A program made the translations under genes and the position numbers. The notes under the pieces are model-generated. The model was not told where the DNA came from. It ran no database searches and saw only the letters and a list, made by a program, of their open reading frames with translations. From the human T2T-CHM13v2.0 reference genome, Homo sapiens, in assembly GCF_009914755.1 (NCBI RefSeq), contig NC_060932.1: a DNA stretch of 64,000 nt. One strand, written 5' to 3'. Below, one piece after another: positions 1 through 11,704 of this stretch. How positions within the stretch are numbered: position 1 is the first letter of the stretch; each line of letters opens with the position of its first letter.

Positions 1-1305
1 AGGTCTAGGGCTGAAGGCTGTTGTCCAGATTCTTTTGTCCCACAGGGAGTTCTCTTGATGTAGTACTCTCCACATTTCCCTGTAGATGTGGATTCCTGTG
101 AGCCGAACTACACTGATTGTTGTCCCTCTTCTGGGTCTAGCCACCCAGCAAGTCCACCCAGCTCCAGTCTGGTACTGGGGGTTGTCTGCAGAGTCCTGTG
201 ATGAAATGGACTCTGTCAGGGTTCTCAGCTTTGGTGGTTTAATGCTCTATTTTTGTGCGGGTTGGCCTTCTGCTGGGAGGTGGCACTTTCCAGGGAGCAT
301 CAGCTGTGGTAGTATGGAGAGGAACCAATGGTGGGTGGGGCCCTAGAACTCCCAAGATTATATGCCCTTTGTCTTCAGCTACCAGGGTGAGTAGGGCAGG
401 ACCATCAGGTGGGGGCAGGGCTAGGCATGTCCGAGCTCAGGCTCTCCTTCGATGGGTCTTGCTGTGGCTGCTGTGGGGGACGGAGATGAGGTTCCCAGGT
501 CAAGAAGGATTGTGGCTGCCTCTTCTGCATCATGAAGGTTGTCAGAGAAGTGGGAAAAAACTGGCAGTCACAGGGCTTAACCAGCTCCCATGCAAACCAA
601 AGGGCAGGTCTCACTCCCACCATGCCCCCGCTAACAGCCCCAAGTTGGTTTGCAGGCAGTGGGTGAGCCAGGCTTGAGAACTTGCCCCAGGCTACCTGTC
701 TCCCAGCTGCGAAAGAAAAAGGTTTGGTTCTTCCCCAGCCTGTGGAGTCTGCACACTGGATTCCCGCTCTCCCTTGAATTTTGGCTAGGAGGCTTCTTGC
801 CCCTTTCAAGTTGTTACAAAATTCAGCTGGAGATTTCCTTCTGCCTGTGGTATTTTTCCCCCGCTCCTCTGGCCACCCTCCTGATGGATCCCTGTGGTGC
901 CAGGCAGGAATGGCCTGCTTGAAGACCCAGCGAGCTCCCGGGGCTTTTCCCACTGCTTCCTCTATCCCTGTATTTCACTCAGCTCTTGAAATTGACTCAG
1001 CTCCAGATAAGGTCGGAAACTTTTCTGCCACAAACAGACCTTCAGTTTCTCCAGTCGGGGGTGTGTGTTTGGGAGAGGAGGATCTCCCTTTCCCACTTCT
1101 GCAGTTGGGGCACTCAGTATTTGGGATGTCTCCTGGGTCCTGCAGGAGCACTCTGCCTCCTTCAGAGGGTCTGTGGGTCCTCTTGGGATTGCTGGTTCAT
1201 TCTTGCAGTTGATCTGGAGCTAAAATTCACCATGCGAGCCTCTGCACGCTGCTCTGTCTGTCCAAGTGGGAACTGCAGTCTAGTCCTGCCTCCCATTCCT
1301 CTGTG
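1..1305 (-). mobile_element. 5' UTR of an older primate L1 (L1PB/L1PBa-like), running off the left edge of the window
   Basis: GC-richer block. The reverse complement near 1300 reads ...ATGGGAGGCAGGACTAG..., like the start of L1PB-type elements. The overlapping ORFs in the track are typical spurious 5' UTR ORFs. Confidence 0.7.
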
Positions 1306-1624
1306 ATGATCAAATTTATGACTTTTAATCCATAGTCACATGTCAGAATAAGTGCATGGTATATGGTTTATTACATCAGTTGACATGTGAGTATGTAACA
1401 TTGAATTTGTCCACAGCACACCTCACTCACATTAATTTTAATTCTATGTTCAATAAAAATGTGTGAATTATATTAATGAATAAATCACTGCTAAATATTG
1501 CATACTTCAGTCCACTGCCTGTCAGTGTCTTAAAGTATTTGTTAATATGCACTGGTGAAAGTTGCTTTCACCCTCATAGGCTTGGACACTTACAAGCTAG
1601 ATGTGTTAGTTTAGGCAATTACTT

Positions 1625-1923
1625 TTTTTTTAATACTTTAAGTTCTAGGGTACATGTGCACAACGTGCAGGTTTGTTACATATGTATACATGTGCCATGT
1701 TGGTGTGCTGCACCTATTAACTTGTCATTTACAGGAGGTGTATCTCCTAATGCTACCCCTCCCCCCACCCCACGACAGGCCCCAGTGTGTGATGTTCCCC
1801 TTCCTGTGCCTAAGTGTTCTCATTGTTCAATTCCCACCTATGAGTGAGAACATGCAGTGCTTGGTTTTTTATCCTTGCGATAGTTTGCTGAGAATGATGG
1901 TTTCCAGCTTCATCCATCTCCCC
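1625..1923 (-). mobile_element. 5'-truncated L1PA 3' end inserted into a MIR
   Basis: Poly(T) followed by the L1PA 3' UTR antisense (tttaagttctagggtacatgtgcacaacgtgcagg...). Short TSD ACTT at 1621-1624 and 1924-1927 followed by AAA. Flanks resemble the MIR core. Confidence 0.9.
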
Positions 1924-2264
1924 ACTTAAACTCCCAAGCTTCAGGTTCTTGTTTGTGAAATGGAGATTAAAAGATTTAGATAATAATTTATATCAAACAT
2001 TTAGCACACTTTTTGACACATAAGAATTGCTCATAAATGTTAGCTATCATTACAATTCTGGAAGGTATATTTATGTATCATGTTCTAAAGAGTCAATCAG
2101 AAAGCTTTAAAATAATAAATCTCCATTTTTATAGGCAGTGCTTTGAGTTACATTATAAAAAGCAAAAGAAGTTTCATTATAAAAACCAACAGAAGTTATT
2201 ATAATGGGGAAAGATAAAAATTGTCATGAAATGAGTTATCAAGCAATATGAGTACAGATGTTTC

Positions 2265-2332
2265 AGATTTTAATGATGAATACTAGTAATTGTCATTTAG
2301 ATTTTAATGATGAATACTAGTAATTGTCATTT
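2265..2332. repeat. Perfect 34-bp tandem duplication
   Basis: AGATTTTAATGATGAATACTAGTAATTGTCATTT at 2265-2298 and 2299-2332. Confidence 0.95.
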
Positions 2333-3169
2333 AAATTTTTTAAGTAGAAATATTGATACATTTTTAATATGCATCTCATCTTAATATAAATTGGTGAACC
2401 AAATTCTTCCCTGGATAAATGTGCTGTACTAATTTTGAAATAAAATTGTTTGGTCACAACATAGACCCAATCTGAATATTGCAGTGGAAAAAAAAACTGT
2501 CAAAGAAAGTTACAAGAAGTTATTTCCTTACTGAGAAAGAGCATGGAGTTGTGAAAAGAAGTTGAGTGAAATCTCAGGTCTCTGATCTGCAACTATATAT
2601 ATGATATAAAAAGAACTTTCTTCATATGCACCAGGAAATGACTTCTAAAATAATGTCATTGAGGGGGGAAAAAAGACCTGTTACTTCTTTGTTCATTTAA
2701 TGTAGTTTCCCTCTAATACACCTAGAGTGAGGCATGAAAGCTCATCCCAAGTGTGATTCTGTTTGCACAGGTAGATCAACAGATGCAGTGTTTTCCAACG
2801 CTACCTAGGTGATTCTGATACCAGTGGGGCCTGGGAGCCATCATCTACAAGGTGCTTTCATCCACCTCCATTGTTTTCCATACACACATGCACAGGTTGT
2901 CATTGTAAACACTTACCATCTCTGGAGTCCCTTCAGAAAATCTTCGAAATGTAATGTCCACAATCCCTCCCTGTTTTAAATGCATGTGGTGGAGGCAGCC
3001 ACATTGAACTAGAACTATCTTGGAGTTCACTCCACAGAGACCAGGATAGATGCAAAGAGCCCAGAATATATGCCATGGAAGCCTCCACACTGCCTATGCA
3101 GAAGTACATATAAATTCATTCTGATGTCATCTTAGACCTAAGGCTGGGATCATAATAAATTTTAAACTT

Positions 3170-3375
3170 CAAAATATTAAATAATATAATTTCAATATTT
3201 AATAAATGTCTATTTTTTAAATATTAATATTTTCTATTTTAAACTATTATAAGTATTTATATATTTACTATTTATATATTTATTAAATATATTTAAATTT
3301 ATTATAAATACATAATACTGAATGTTTATATTATTATAAATAAAATATATTTATAAAATACATTTGAACATTAAA
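3170..3375. repeat. AT-rich low-complexity tract
   Basis: Almost exclusively A/T sequence. Confidence 0.8.
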
Positions 3376-3614
3376 ATTCTTGCCCATCTTAACATTTTTT
3401 AAGATGTTAAGCAACCTTGTTTTTTAATGGAGGGCTTAAGTTTGGGGGCTCATATTCCAATCATCCTTGAAACATTATATTTTTTTAGAGCAATTAACAT
3501 AATAAAATTCTGCTAGGAGAATGCTTCCTTTCAATGCTGCATCAGATATACTCTGATCTTGGAAATAAGCTGAGAGAAAACAGGCATCAAGTTTGCATTT
3601 AGAAAGGTGAATAA

Positions 3615-3923
3615 GGCCAGGCGCGGTGGCTCATGCCTGGAATCCCAGCACTTTGGGAGGCCGAGCAGGCAGATCACGAGGTCAGGAGATCCAGACCATC
3701 CTGGCCAACATGGTGAAACCCCAGCTCTACTAAAAATACAAAAATTAGCTGGACGTGGTGGTGTACACCTGTAATCCTAGCTACTCGGGAGGTTGAGGCA
3801 GCAGAATCATCTGAACCGGGGAGTCAGAGGTTGCAGTGAGCCGGGATCATGCCACTGCACTCCAGCCTGGCAACAGAGAGAGACTCTGTCTCAAAAAAAA
3901 AAAAAAAAAAAGAAAAAAAGAAA
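3615..3923 (+). mobile_element. Alu (AluSc-like)
   Basis: Full dimer with A-tail. TSD AGAAAGGTGAATAAG at 3601-3615 and 3924-3938. Confidence 0.95.
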
Positions 3924-4484
3924 AGAAAGGTGAATAAGCACAGAGTGATCATCAAGATTCTAATATATAAATCTTAGTTTAAAACCAGTCTTGCCTTGAA
4001 AAAGTTATTACAACTTTTTAATGAAAACACAAATGAGAAGGAATCAAAGATCCTTCATTTGAAGACTGAGATTTCCATTTTAAGGTTACATGTCAAAAAA
4101 TGCATGAAGTTTCTTCAAGCACTGACTGTTGATACCTTGCAGACACTGAGCCACTTTGAGCATACACTCACAGCACCAAAGGAAACTTTCCACATGAATT
4201 ATTTCTTCTTCTTCAGCATGAAGTTGAACTTTTAAAGAAGACTTTAATATGAATTAGTTGTATTTTGAAATTAAATATCGATTTATACCAATTTTTCATT
4301 TGATGAATTTTTTCATAAGTAGCTTTATATGAGGATGCTTATTACATTGGTTAAAAAAAACTTCAGATTTTGTTCACTGTATCAGAATAATTTAACTAAG
4401 TCAGAACAATTTAAAAGTTATATTGACTTATCTCACAATATATTATTTCCCAGGTTTGGTTGGAAGATCTTCAAGAATACATCA

Positions 4485-4809
4485 CTGGGGCAGGGGCGGG
4501 GGTATGGTTAATGGATACAAAAAAAATTAGAAAGAATGAATAAGACCTATTTGATTGCACAACAGGGTGACTATAGTCAATAATAACATAATTGTACATC
4601 TTAAGTAACTATAAGAGTGTAATTGGATTGTTTGTTTGTAACACAAAGCGTAAATGCTTGGGAGAATGGATACCGCATTCTCCCTGATGTGATTATTACA
4701 CATTGCGTACCTGTGTGAAAATATCTCATGTACCCCACAAATATATATGCCTACTATGCACCCACTAAAGTTAACATTAGAAAATTTTAAAATTATAAAA
4801 AGAAATAAA
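4485..4809 (+). mobile_element. L1MA-type 3' end fragment
   Basis: L1MA-like 3' UTR (gcacaacagggtgactatagtcaataat...). Intact 12-bp TSD AAGAATACATCA at 4473-4484 and 4810-4821. Confidence 0.85.
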
Positions 4810-5388
4810 AAGAATACATCAATGATAAAAATATCAGAATTATTTTATTATATTTATCTCTATTGAAGCACTATGTGTGAGCTAAGCATGGACCAGCCAA
4901 GCCTGGATCGCCTAAGTCCTTTGAGATGCACGGGATCTATTCTACTAAATCCAAACAAGAGAGAGTAAATACTTTCAGGGCAACAAGGCTTGCCCTGCAT
5001 CCAAAAATGACCTTATAATTGCTAACAGCTGTAGTTCACGAACCCATTTTCCTTGAGGTTTATTTTCTCCCTTTTCTTTCCAGTCTTGAAGTAGAATTTA
5101 GATCTTCAATATACTTCTGCTGTTATGAAAACTTTATTAAACCTTGATGTTCTTATTAGGTTAAAGACTCACACTATTTTACATTTATCCAGGTTTTGTA
5201 GGAAACCTCATATTTAGTAACAGATGCTATATATTATTATAGTATTAGCCACTTGCTTTAAGAGCCCAAGTTCTGTGATTTGATTTCCTTCCTCTGAATC
5301 CTATTCTGTCACTTCCTAGACAGATGGCTTTAGCAATTTGTTTAACTTTCCTGAGTCTCCATTTGCTCACTTAAGGTAGTAACTAATC

Positions 5389-5390
<2 letters not shown>

Positions 5391-5425
<35 letters not shown>

Positions 5426-5713
5426 TTCTTTTGAGACAGGGTCTTACTCCATCTCCCAGGTTGGAGTGCAGTGGTGCAATCACAGTCACTGCAGCCTCAA
5501 CCTCCCAGGCCCAAGTGATCCTCCCTCCTCAGCTTCCCAAGTAGCTGGAACTATAGGCATGAGCCACCACACCTGGCTAATTCTTATCTTTTCTAGAAAC
5601 GGGGGGTCTCACTGTGTTGGACAGGCTGGTCTTAAACTCCTGATTTCTAGCAATCTTCCCACCTCATCCTCCAAAAGTGCTGGGATTACAAGCATGAGCC
5701 ATCATACTGGGTC
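5391..5713 (-). mobile_element. AluJ with (ATT)n-derived tail, inside a MIR
   Basis: Diverged antisense Alu with (TTA)n at 5391-5423 and a degenerate TSD TAACTAA(C)TCTT. Confidence 0.9.
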
Positions 5714-8382
5714 ATAACTAACTCTTAACAGCTGTTATGAATGTGATAATACTTAGTGTCTGACACATCGTAAACAGGAAATAAATATCAATTATTAAAA
5801 ACATTCTTTGCAGCAATTAAGTTGTAAATCTTTTCTAAAGTTTCACTGAATCGCAGAAATGTTAACCAATTGAATCCAAAGGACTGAATATTTTAGAAGT
5901 GTTAAGAGAATCCAATTCTCAGTTCAGAAGAGAGTGAAATCAGCACAGGAGTGACAGACTGCCTTACTAGGGAAGATCACTGAGGAAGAGAGACAAGAAA
6001 AAAAGCAAAACAGCAGCCTGAAGACAGGAAGACAATTCCAGGCTGTACTTAGAGTGATATAAAATATGGAGTACAATATTGAAAACTTTAATAATAGGAA
6101 CATGAAAGAGGGAAAGCAATACTGATTTAAGGATGGTTGGTAGCAGAACACATAAAAGCAAAAGCAGATTTATATTAATGCCATCAAATGATAGCTGTCT
6201 ATCAAGCATTTAGGAATTGAGAAGTTAAAGAAACTGGTCAGATTATTAGGAAAATTTCCAAGACAAAAGTAGGACCTGAGTTTTTCTTCAAGGTGAGGTA
6301 AGAATTCAATAAGGAGCTATTAAAATGGCATTCCTGGGAGACAAAGTTGGATGAGTAGCAGCAGAGAAGGCACCATACCCCACGTATCAGACATTCCAGT
6401 CTAGTGAGCTAGGAAGATTCAGGAAAAGACAAAAGATAAGATTGGCAAATTCAGGGAGAATCTGTATTGAGAAATTATCCTAATACAAGGAGCTTTCTGC
6501 TCATTCTGTGGGTGAAGTGGAGCCATTCAATGATGTATACCTGCTTGGCTGTTTTGCTTTCAACTGAAGAGTGATATTATCCAAAGTGAGCCACTTATAA
6601 AGCAGTTGCAGAAGTTCAGGCATGACTTGAAAAGATGCAGGACTTGAATAGAATGAAATAAGAATGTAAAGAAAATGCCTGATGAAATAGCATTTTCTTT
6701 AAGAATGTCGAAATCAGTGAGTGAGTGGTGTCTTAAAGTTTTCTCAGTTAGACTTGATGGGATCATGGTGACAGCATGACAAGCTAAAATCCATGCGTAG
6801 TGTTGAAACTAAGGGAAGGTTAACAAGAAATTGTCCCCAAGCTTTAAATATGCCCATCTAACATCACGGAATTACTAATGGCCAATTCAATGCCTGTCTT
6901 TTGATGATGTGGTTTCAATTTTCTCTATGTCTGCAGGGAAAAAGGGATAAGGAGACAAAGCCAATTTTCTTCTAAAAATCTACTTTTTTGCGTTTTTTTT
7001 AAGACTCAGACAGTGCTACCACAAAATTAATGATTTCTTTACCAACTGCATTTGCTTCATTTTTTTCCCCAAAGCCCTCCAGGCTACTTCTCTGGAGAGT
7101 ACACAAAGTTTCCACAGCGCTATTTTTGTAATCTAAAGCAGTTGTGCTTTCAGGCCTGATGCTACAACTGTAATTTTAATTTATCAACCTGCCAGTCAGT
7201 GAAATGCTGTAAAAACATGTGAAAGCTTAAACCCATCATTTATTTCTGCACCTGTCAATGACACTTTTCTGTACTTGTCAAAATCATTTAAACTGCACTA
7301 TGATGGCATATACAATATCACCAGTAAATTGGGTAATCAATCATGTATGTGCATATTTTGACAGTGGCGTGTTGAATGCATGGGCTCCTGTATGCATTTT
7401 TAAGAAGTAGGCACTCATTACTGTTCAATAGTAAAATACAGTAGAGTCATCAAAAAGAGTCTCCCTCAGTCTTTTACAATTAAAAAAATGTCTTAAGAAA
7501 CAGAGGGGCTGATTGTGCCTGAAATGGCTTTTATTTCTTCAGCAAAATGTTCTCCTTGGGGAAAAGGAAGCAATTGCAGGTTATAGCAGGCAGCAATATA
7601 GTGTTACATGGAGGGAAGAAAATGTATAGGATCATTAAATAGATTTATTTAAGTTCTGCTTATAAAGAAAGCAGTGGTGCAGTACTTTATAGTTGATGAT
7701 ATTTCAAAAGAGTGTTATCAGCACTTCTACCACTATCTAATTTGTTCATATAATAAAGTGTCACATTAAACCCAATATCACAATTCATATCAGTTTTACT
7801 TCAAAAATTGGTATCATCATATATCATAGGGAACCCTGCCCCAAAAAAATTTTGATGAGATCTTTCATCACAATAAATTATAGAATTTAAAAAATCAATC
7901 TATTAGAGAGTGAGAGAGAGAGAACCTGTTCAATCATTAAATCCACTCAACCCAGTAACAATTTGATGTCATTTAGGCTGTGTTTCTAAGATAAAATGTT
8001 GTTAAAATTGTAACTTAAATATTCTCTAAATAATCTAACTGTACCCTCTGAACTCTTGGTTGTAGCAATCCTCACCATTTATTTATTTTTAAAAAGCAAG
8101 TCTTATGAGAAACCCTTTAAAATCTATGAAGGATTTATGACCACTTCATAACATGCAAGTCTAAATTAGCCAAACTAATTTGTAGACATCAAATATTTCT
8201 ACATAAGAAAATGAATCAGTAAACTTGACATGCATAAGCTCTCACTCATGGGAAAGAACTAACCTTAAGTGATGTTTCAGAATCACATATAAAACAAACA
8301 AAGCTTTGGGAGGTGCATTAATGTACACAGCCAGCACTGTTTCCTTATTGTTACCAGTACTGTTTTCAAGGAACATGAATTT

Positions 8383-8627
8383 AGTTTTGTTTTGTCTTGT
8401 TTTTTTAATTTTACTCTAAGTTCTGGGACACGTGTGCTGAACATGCAGGTGTGTTGCATAGGTATACATGTGCGATGATAGTTTGCTTCACCTATCAACC
8501 TGTCATCTAGGTTTTAAGTCCTGCATGCATTAGGTATTTGTCCTAATGCTCTCCCTCCCCTTTCCCCTTGCCCCCTGACAGGCCCTGGTGTGTGATGTTC
8601 CCCTCCCTGTGTCCGTGTGTTCTCATT
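8383..8627 (-). mobile_element. Short L1PA 3' end fragment
   Basis: Antisense L1PA 3' UTR. TSD GGAACATGA(A/G)TTT at 8370-8382 and 8628-8640. Confidence 0.9.
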
Positions 8628-11454
8628 GGAACATGAGTTTTTTAAGGTGTCAAGCCACATTGGAAAGGGTAATCATATAGTCAGACTGTTGAAAGATATA
8701 TTTACTGAATGTGTATATGAATAAAATAGAAATGGTGGCTAAGATTAGATGTCATATGTAGAATCAATACTGCACGAAGAGAGTTGTTATTGTTTCAATT
8801 TAAAAATAAGATCTTAGTCTCATATACTTTTAATATCAGTCCTGAAAATAATCACTAAAAATAATGCAAAATAAGTGCTTTGATTTCACTCGGCTACCTT
8901 CAACTCATCTCAAAGAAAGCTAATTAAGCTTACTTGAAGAGAACTCATTTCTCTTTGTTTTAGCTCCATTAAATATACTGAAGACTGAATTTTCAATTAA
9001 ATAATACTTGATTATCTAAATAATTTTTTGGCAGTTTAAACAGCATTTATTTCAGACAGTTCAAAGTATTGACTATCCTTTATTTTGTGTTCTTCAATGA
9101 ATCTTTACTGATTCTCATAAAGACAAAATAGATATCATCATTCATTTAATGCTGAATAAGTGAGATACAGAGACATGATGATATCTCCATAAATAAACAC
9201 AGAATATTGGTAGCCATTTTGGAATGGAGTCCAGTCTGGGACTTTTGCTTACAAAGCTGGCAACTTCATGTATCTTAACACCTCATGTTTTCTTCTGAGT
9301 TTCATCTGCACTTGAATGTCTAAATAATAGCTTTAATTATTCAGGAAAATAATCATGTATGTAAAAAGTTATTTATTGCTTTTAGAGCTATTGTGAATCC
9401 CAGATTTGCACTATAAAAGTGCTAGCAACAGTTTTAAAGCCTCACTTCCCAATCACATTCTGTTCATCCAGCCAGGAGTGACTGATCTTTATTTTATCAA
9501 TCTCAAAATGTGACCTTTTCAATGCTTTTAATGACATTTTCAAAGTACAGAAATGCTTTTTGATTCAAAAGGATTTTCTACTTTATTCTGCAGAACAAGT
9601 CAGCTATCATAGTATAATCAATAGCTGCCAACTATTAGCAAAAGCCACACATCACTTATACTTTAAGAGCTTATCAGGAAGAAAAAATGCATTGAGTGGC
9701 TATATTTTGGCATGCTAACTAAGGTAGATATTAAAATGAAAAGTCAATCCTCAAATGTTTCATGTTTTTAGAAATGTTATTATTTCCTTAGTAAAAATTT
9801 CACTAGATCACATTCAAAATATACCATTAGAAGCTGCTGGCCACATTCAACTTCAAAATGAAATAATGTGCTTGTAGTTTTATTCAGTGTTAGGCAACCA
9901 ACTACAGTTTCCCCCTAGCTTCAATTAAAAGCATATAAAAGATGAAACACTTGTTGAGACATTTCTTCCAGATACTGGCTAAATTATCATATCATGCAAG
10001 TGGTATTTCAGTTAAGTGTATATTATAGCCCAATTGGATACTAAAAGTCTTGAAAGCCTTTTTAAAAGTGAGGTTCTCTAGAGAAGTTATTTTAAAGATG
10101 TGTTCTGTAAATCATGGGCCTTTGATTATCCAGCCCATGGCAGGCTAAGCACTCCAAATTCCCATGTAAAGCCACCAAGTCACAAATTAAGGGATTGCCC
10201 AATAAATCAAAGCATTCATTCCTAATTAATTTTCTTAAGTTGCCAGGTTTTCGTTTGAAGCTCTTGTGAAAGGATTTGATAGCATTGCTGCCCTTTCTGT
10301 GAAGAATAGCTGTCTAATTTCATTAAGTGCATCAATTCAACATTTGAAGGGCACTGTGTATGTGCAAAATATTATATGATAATAATGTCAGTTGCTGTTC
10401 TAAACTAGCCTGCTAGACAGGGATAGTTTCCTACTATTGTGATTAAAAATTGAGCTTTCCTTCCATATTACAAAGATAACAACACCAAATCATCATTGAT
10501 AGGGAATTTAGTAAAATATTTAGACATTTATTTTGGCAATGTAAGATGAAGAGTAGTATCAAAATCATTTAGACTTAACTAACAATATGTCTTCAAAAAT
10601 TATGCAATGCACATTGTTTTTAAAAGCATCGTTAATTGCCTAACAGTACCCGCCAAACTACAAATCAGGGGTTAAAAACAGGAAGTAGATCTTATGATGC
10701 CATTTCATTCTAATCAAGACTTTATTTCCAGTATCTTTATTGTTATTTTTGAATATCAATTCAGTTATATTTAGATAAAATTTATTCAGTGCAAAATTCC
10801 ATTTACGTTATATTGGTAGATGCAAAGCAAGATGCGAGGTGCACTGAACTGCTGCTTCATCTCATAGTGGATTCAGTAAAGCAGTGCCAATCAATGAATT
10901 GTTTTTACCATTTCATTTCAGAAAGTAGGAGTAAGCATTTTAAAACGTGTAGCATGTTTATATGCTATCGTTATAGCATGTTATATGATATCAAAATGTA
11001 TGATTTTGTACAAAAGTATCAGACTGTGATAGATTGGAAATATTTTAAATAAAAAATAAAAATTTGGTTCTTTACTGCAATAAGCCAGGAAGCCCTAGAC
11101 AAGACTACATCTTTGCCTTTGGGGAGGTAGTAATCTAATGAACAGGACAAAACAAATAATTTGGTGTCTATAATATAAGGCATTGCTTGGGAATTCTAAT
11201 CTGCTGAAGAAGATAAAATAAAAATGAACAGACATCTGTAACATAAGTCATTCCTTGAAGACTCTTGAAAGAGAGGAAATAAAAGGCTGCAGGACTAGTG
11301 GTACCTAATGGCACACAAAGCCAGGTGGGTTTAGTTTCTTTTTGGAGATAGGTAGTAGCACCATTTTTCTTAAAAGAGACACTGGATGACGTGCCTGGAA
11401 AATTAAACAATGACTATATCAAGGGAGACTAGAAAGCCCTGAATATGTTTTAAC

Positions 11455-11683
11455 TTTTCTTCAACTTCCCTCTCCCTTTCTCACCCCTCCCACCTCTGCC
11501 TTCTTCTCTTACTTTCTCTCTCTCCTCCTTGACACCTCTTTATTTTCCTCTCACTCTCCTTCTTTTCTTCTCTCTTTCCTCTTCTCTTCCTTTCTCCTCA
11601 TTCTCTCCTTGTCCTACTTCTTCCCTCTACTTCTTTATCTCTCTCTATTCCTCCTTCTTTCAGCTTCTCTATATTTTTTCTTC
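11455..11683. repeat. Polypyrimidine (CT-rich) low-complexity tract
   Basis: About 230 nt dominated by C/T on the + strand. Confidence 0.85.
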
Positions 11684-11704
11684 ATTTAAAAAATGCATGC
11701 CTTC

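Noticed and set aside
86-1306. Six overlapping ORFs of 86-182 aa
   Set aside because: They lie in a GC-richer L1 5' UTR where stops are rare, and resemble no protein I recognise.
2265-2332. Direct repeats as a possible CRISPR-like array (also 60086-61028 and 63152-63189)
   Set aside because: Only two copies each, no repeat-spacer periodicity, no cas genes, and the context is human intron.
5060-5090. Strong pyrimidine tract plus CAG (similar sites at 24216-24231 and 48601-48631)
   Set aside because: No convincing donor at exon distance. At 24231 the following GTGACA is too weak to call a recursive splice site.
7250-7268. ACCTGTCAATG(A)CACTTT similar to 53680-53696
   Set aside because: An 11-bp exact match is expected by chance in 64 kb, and the gapped extension is marginal.
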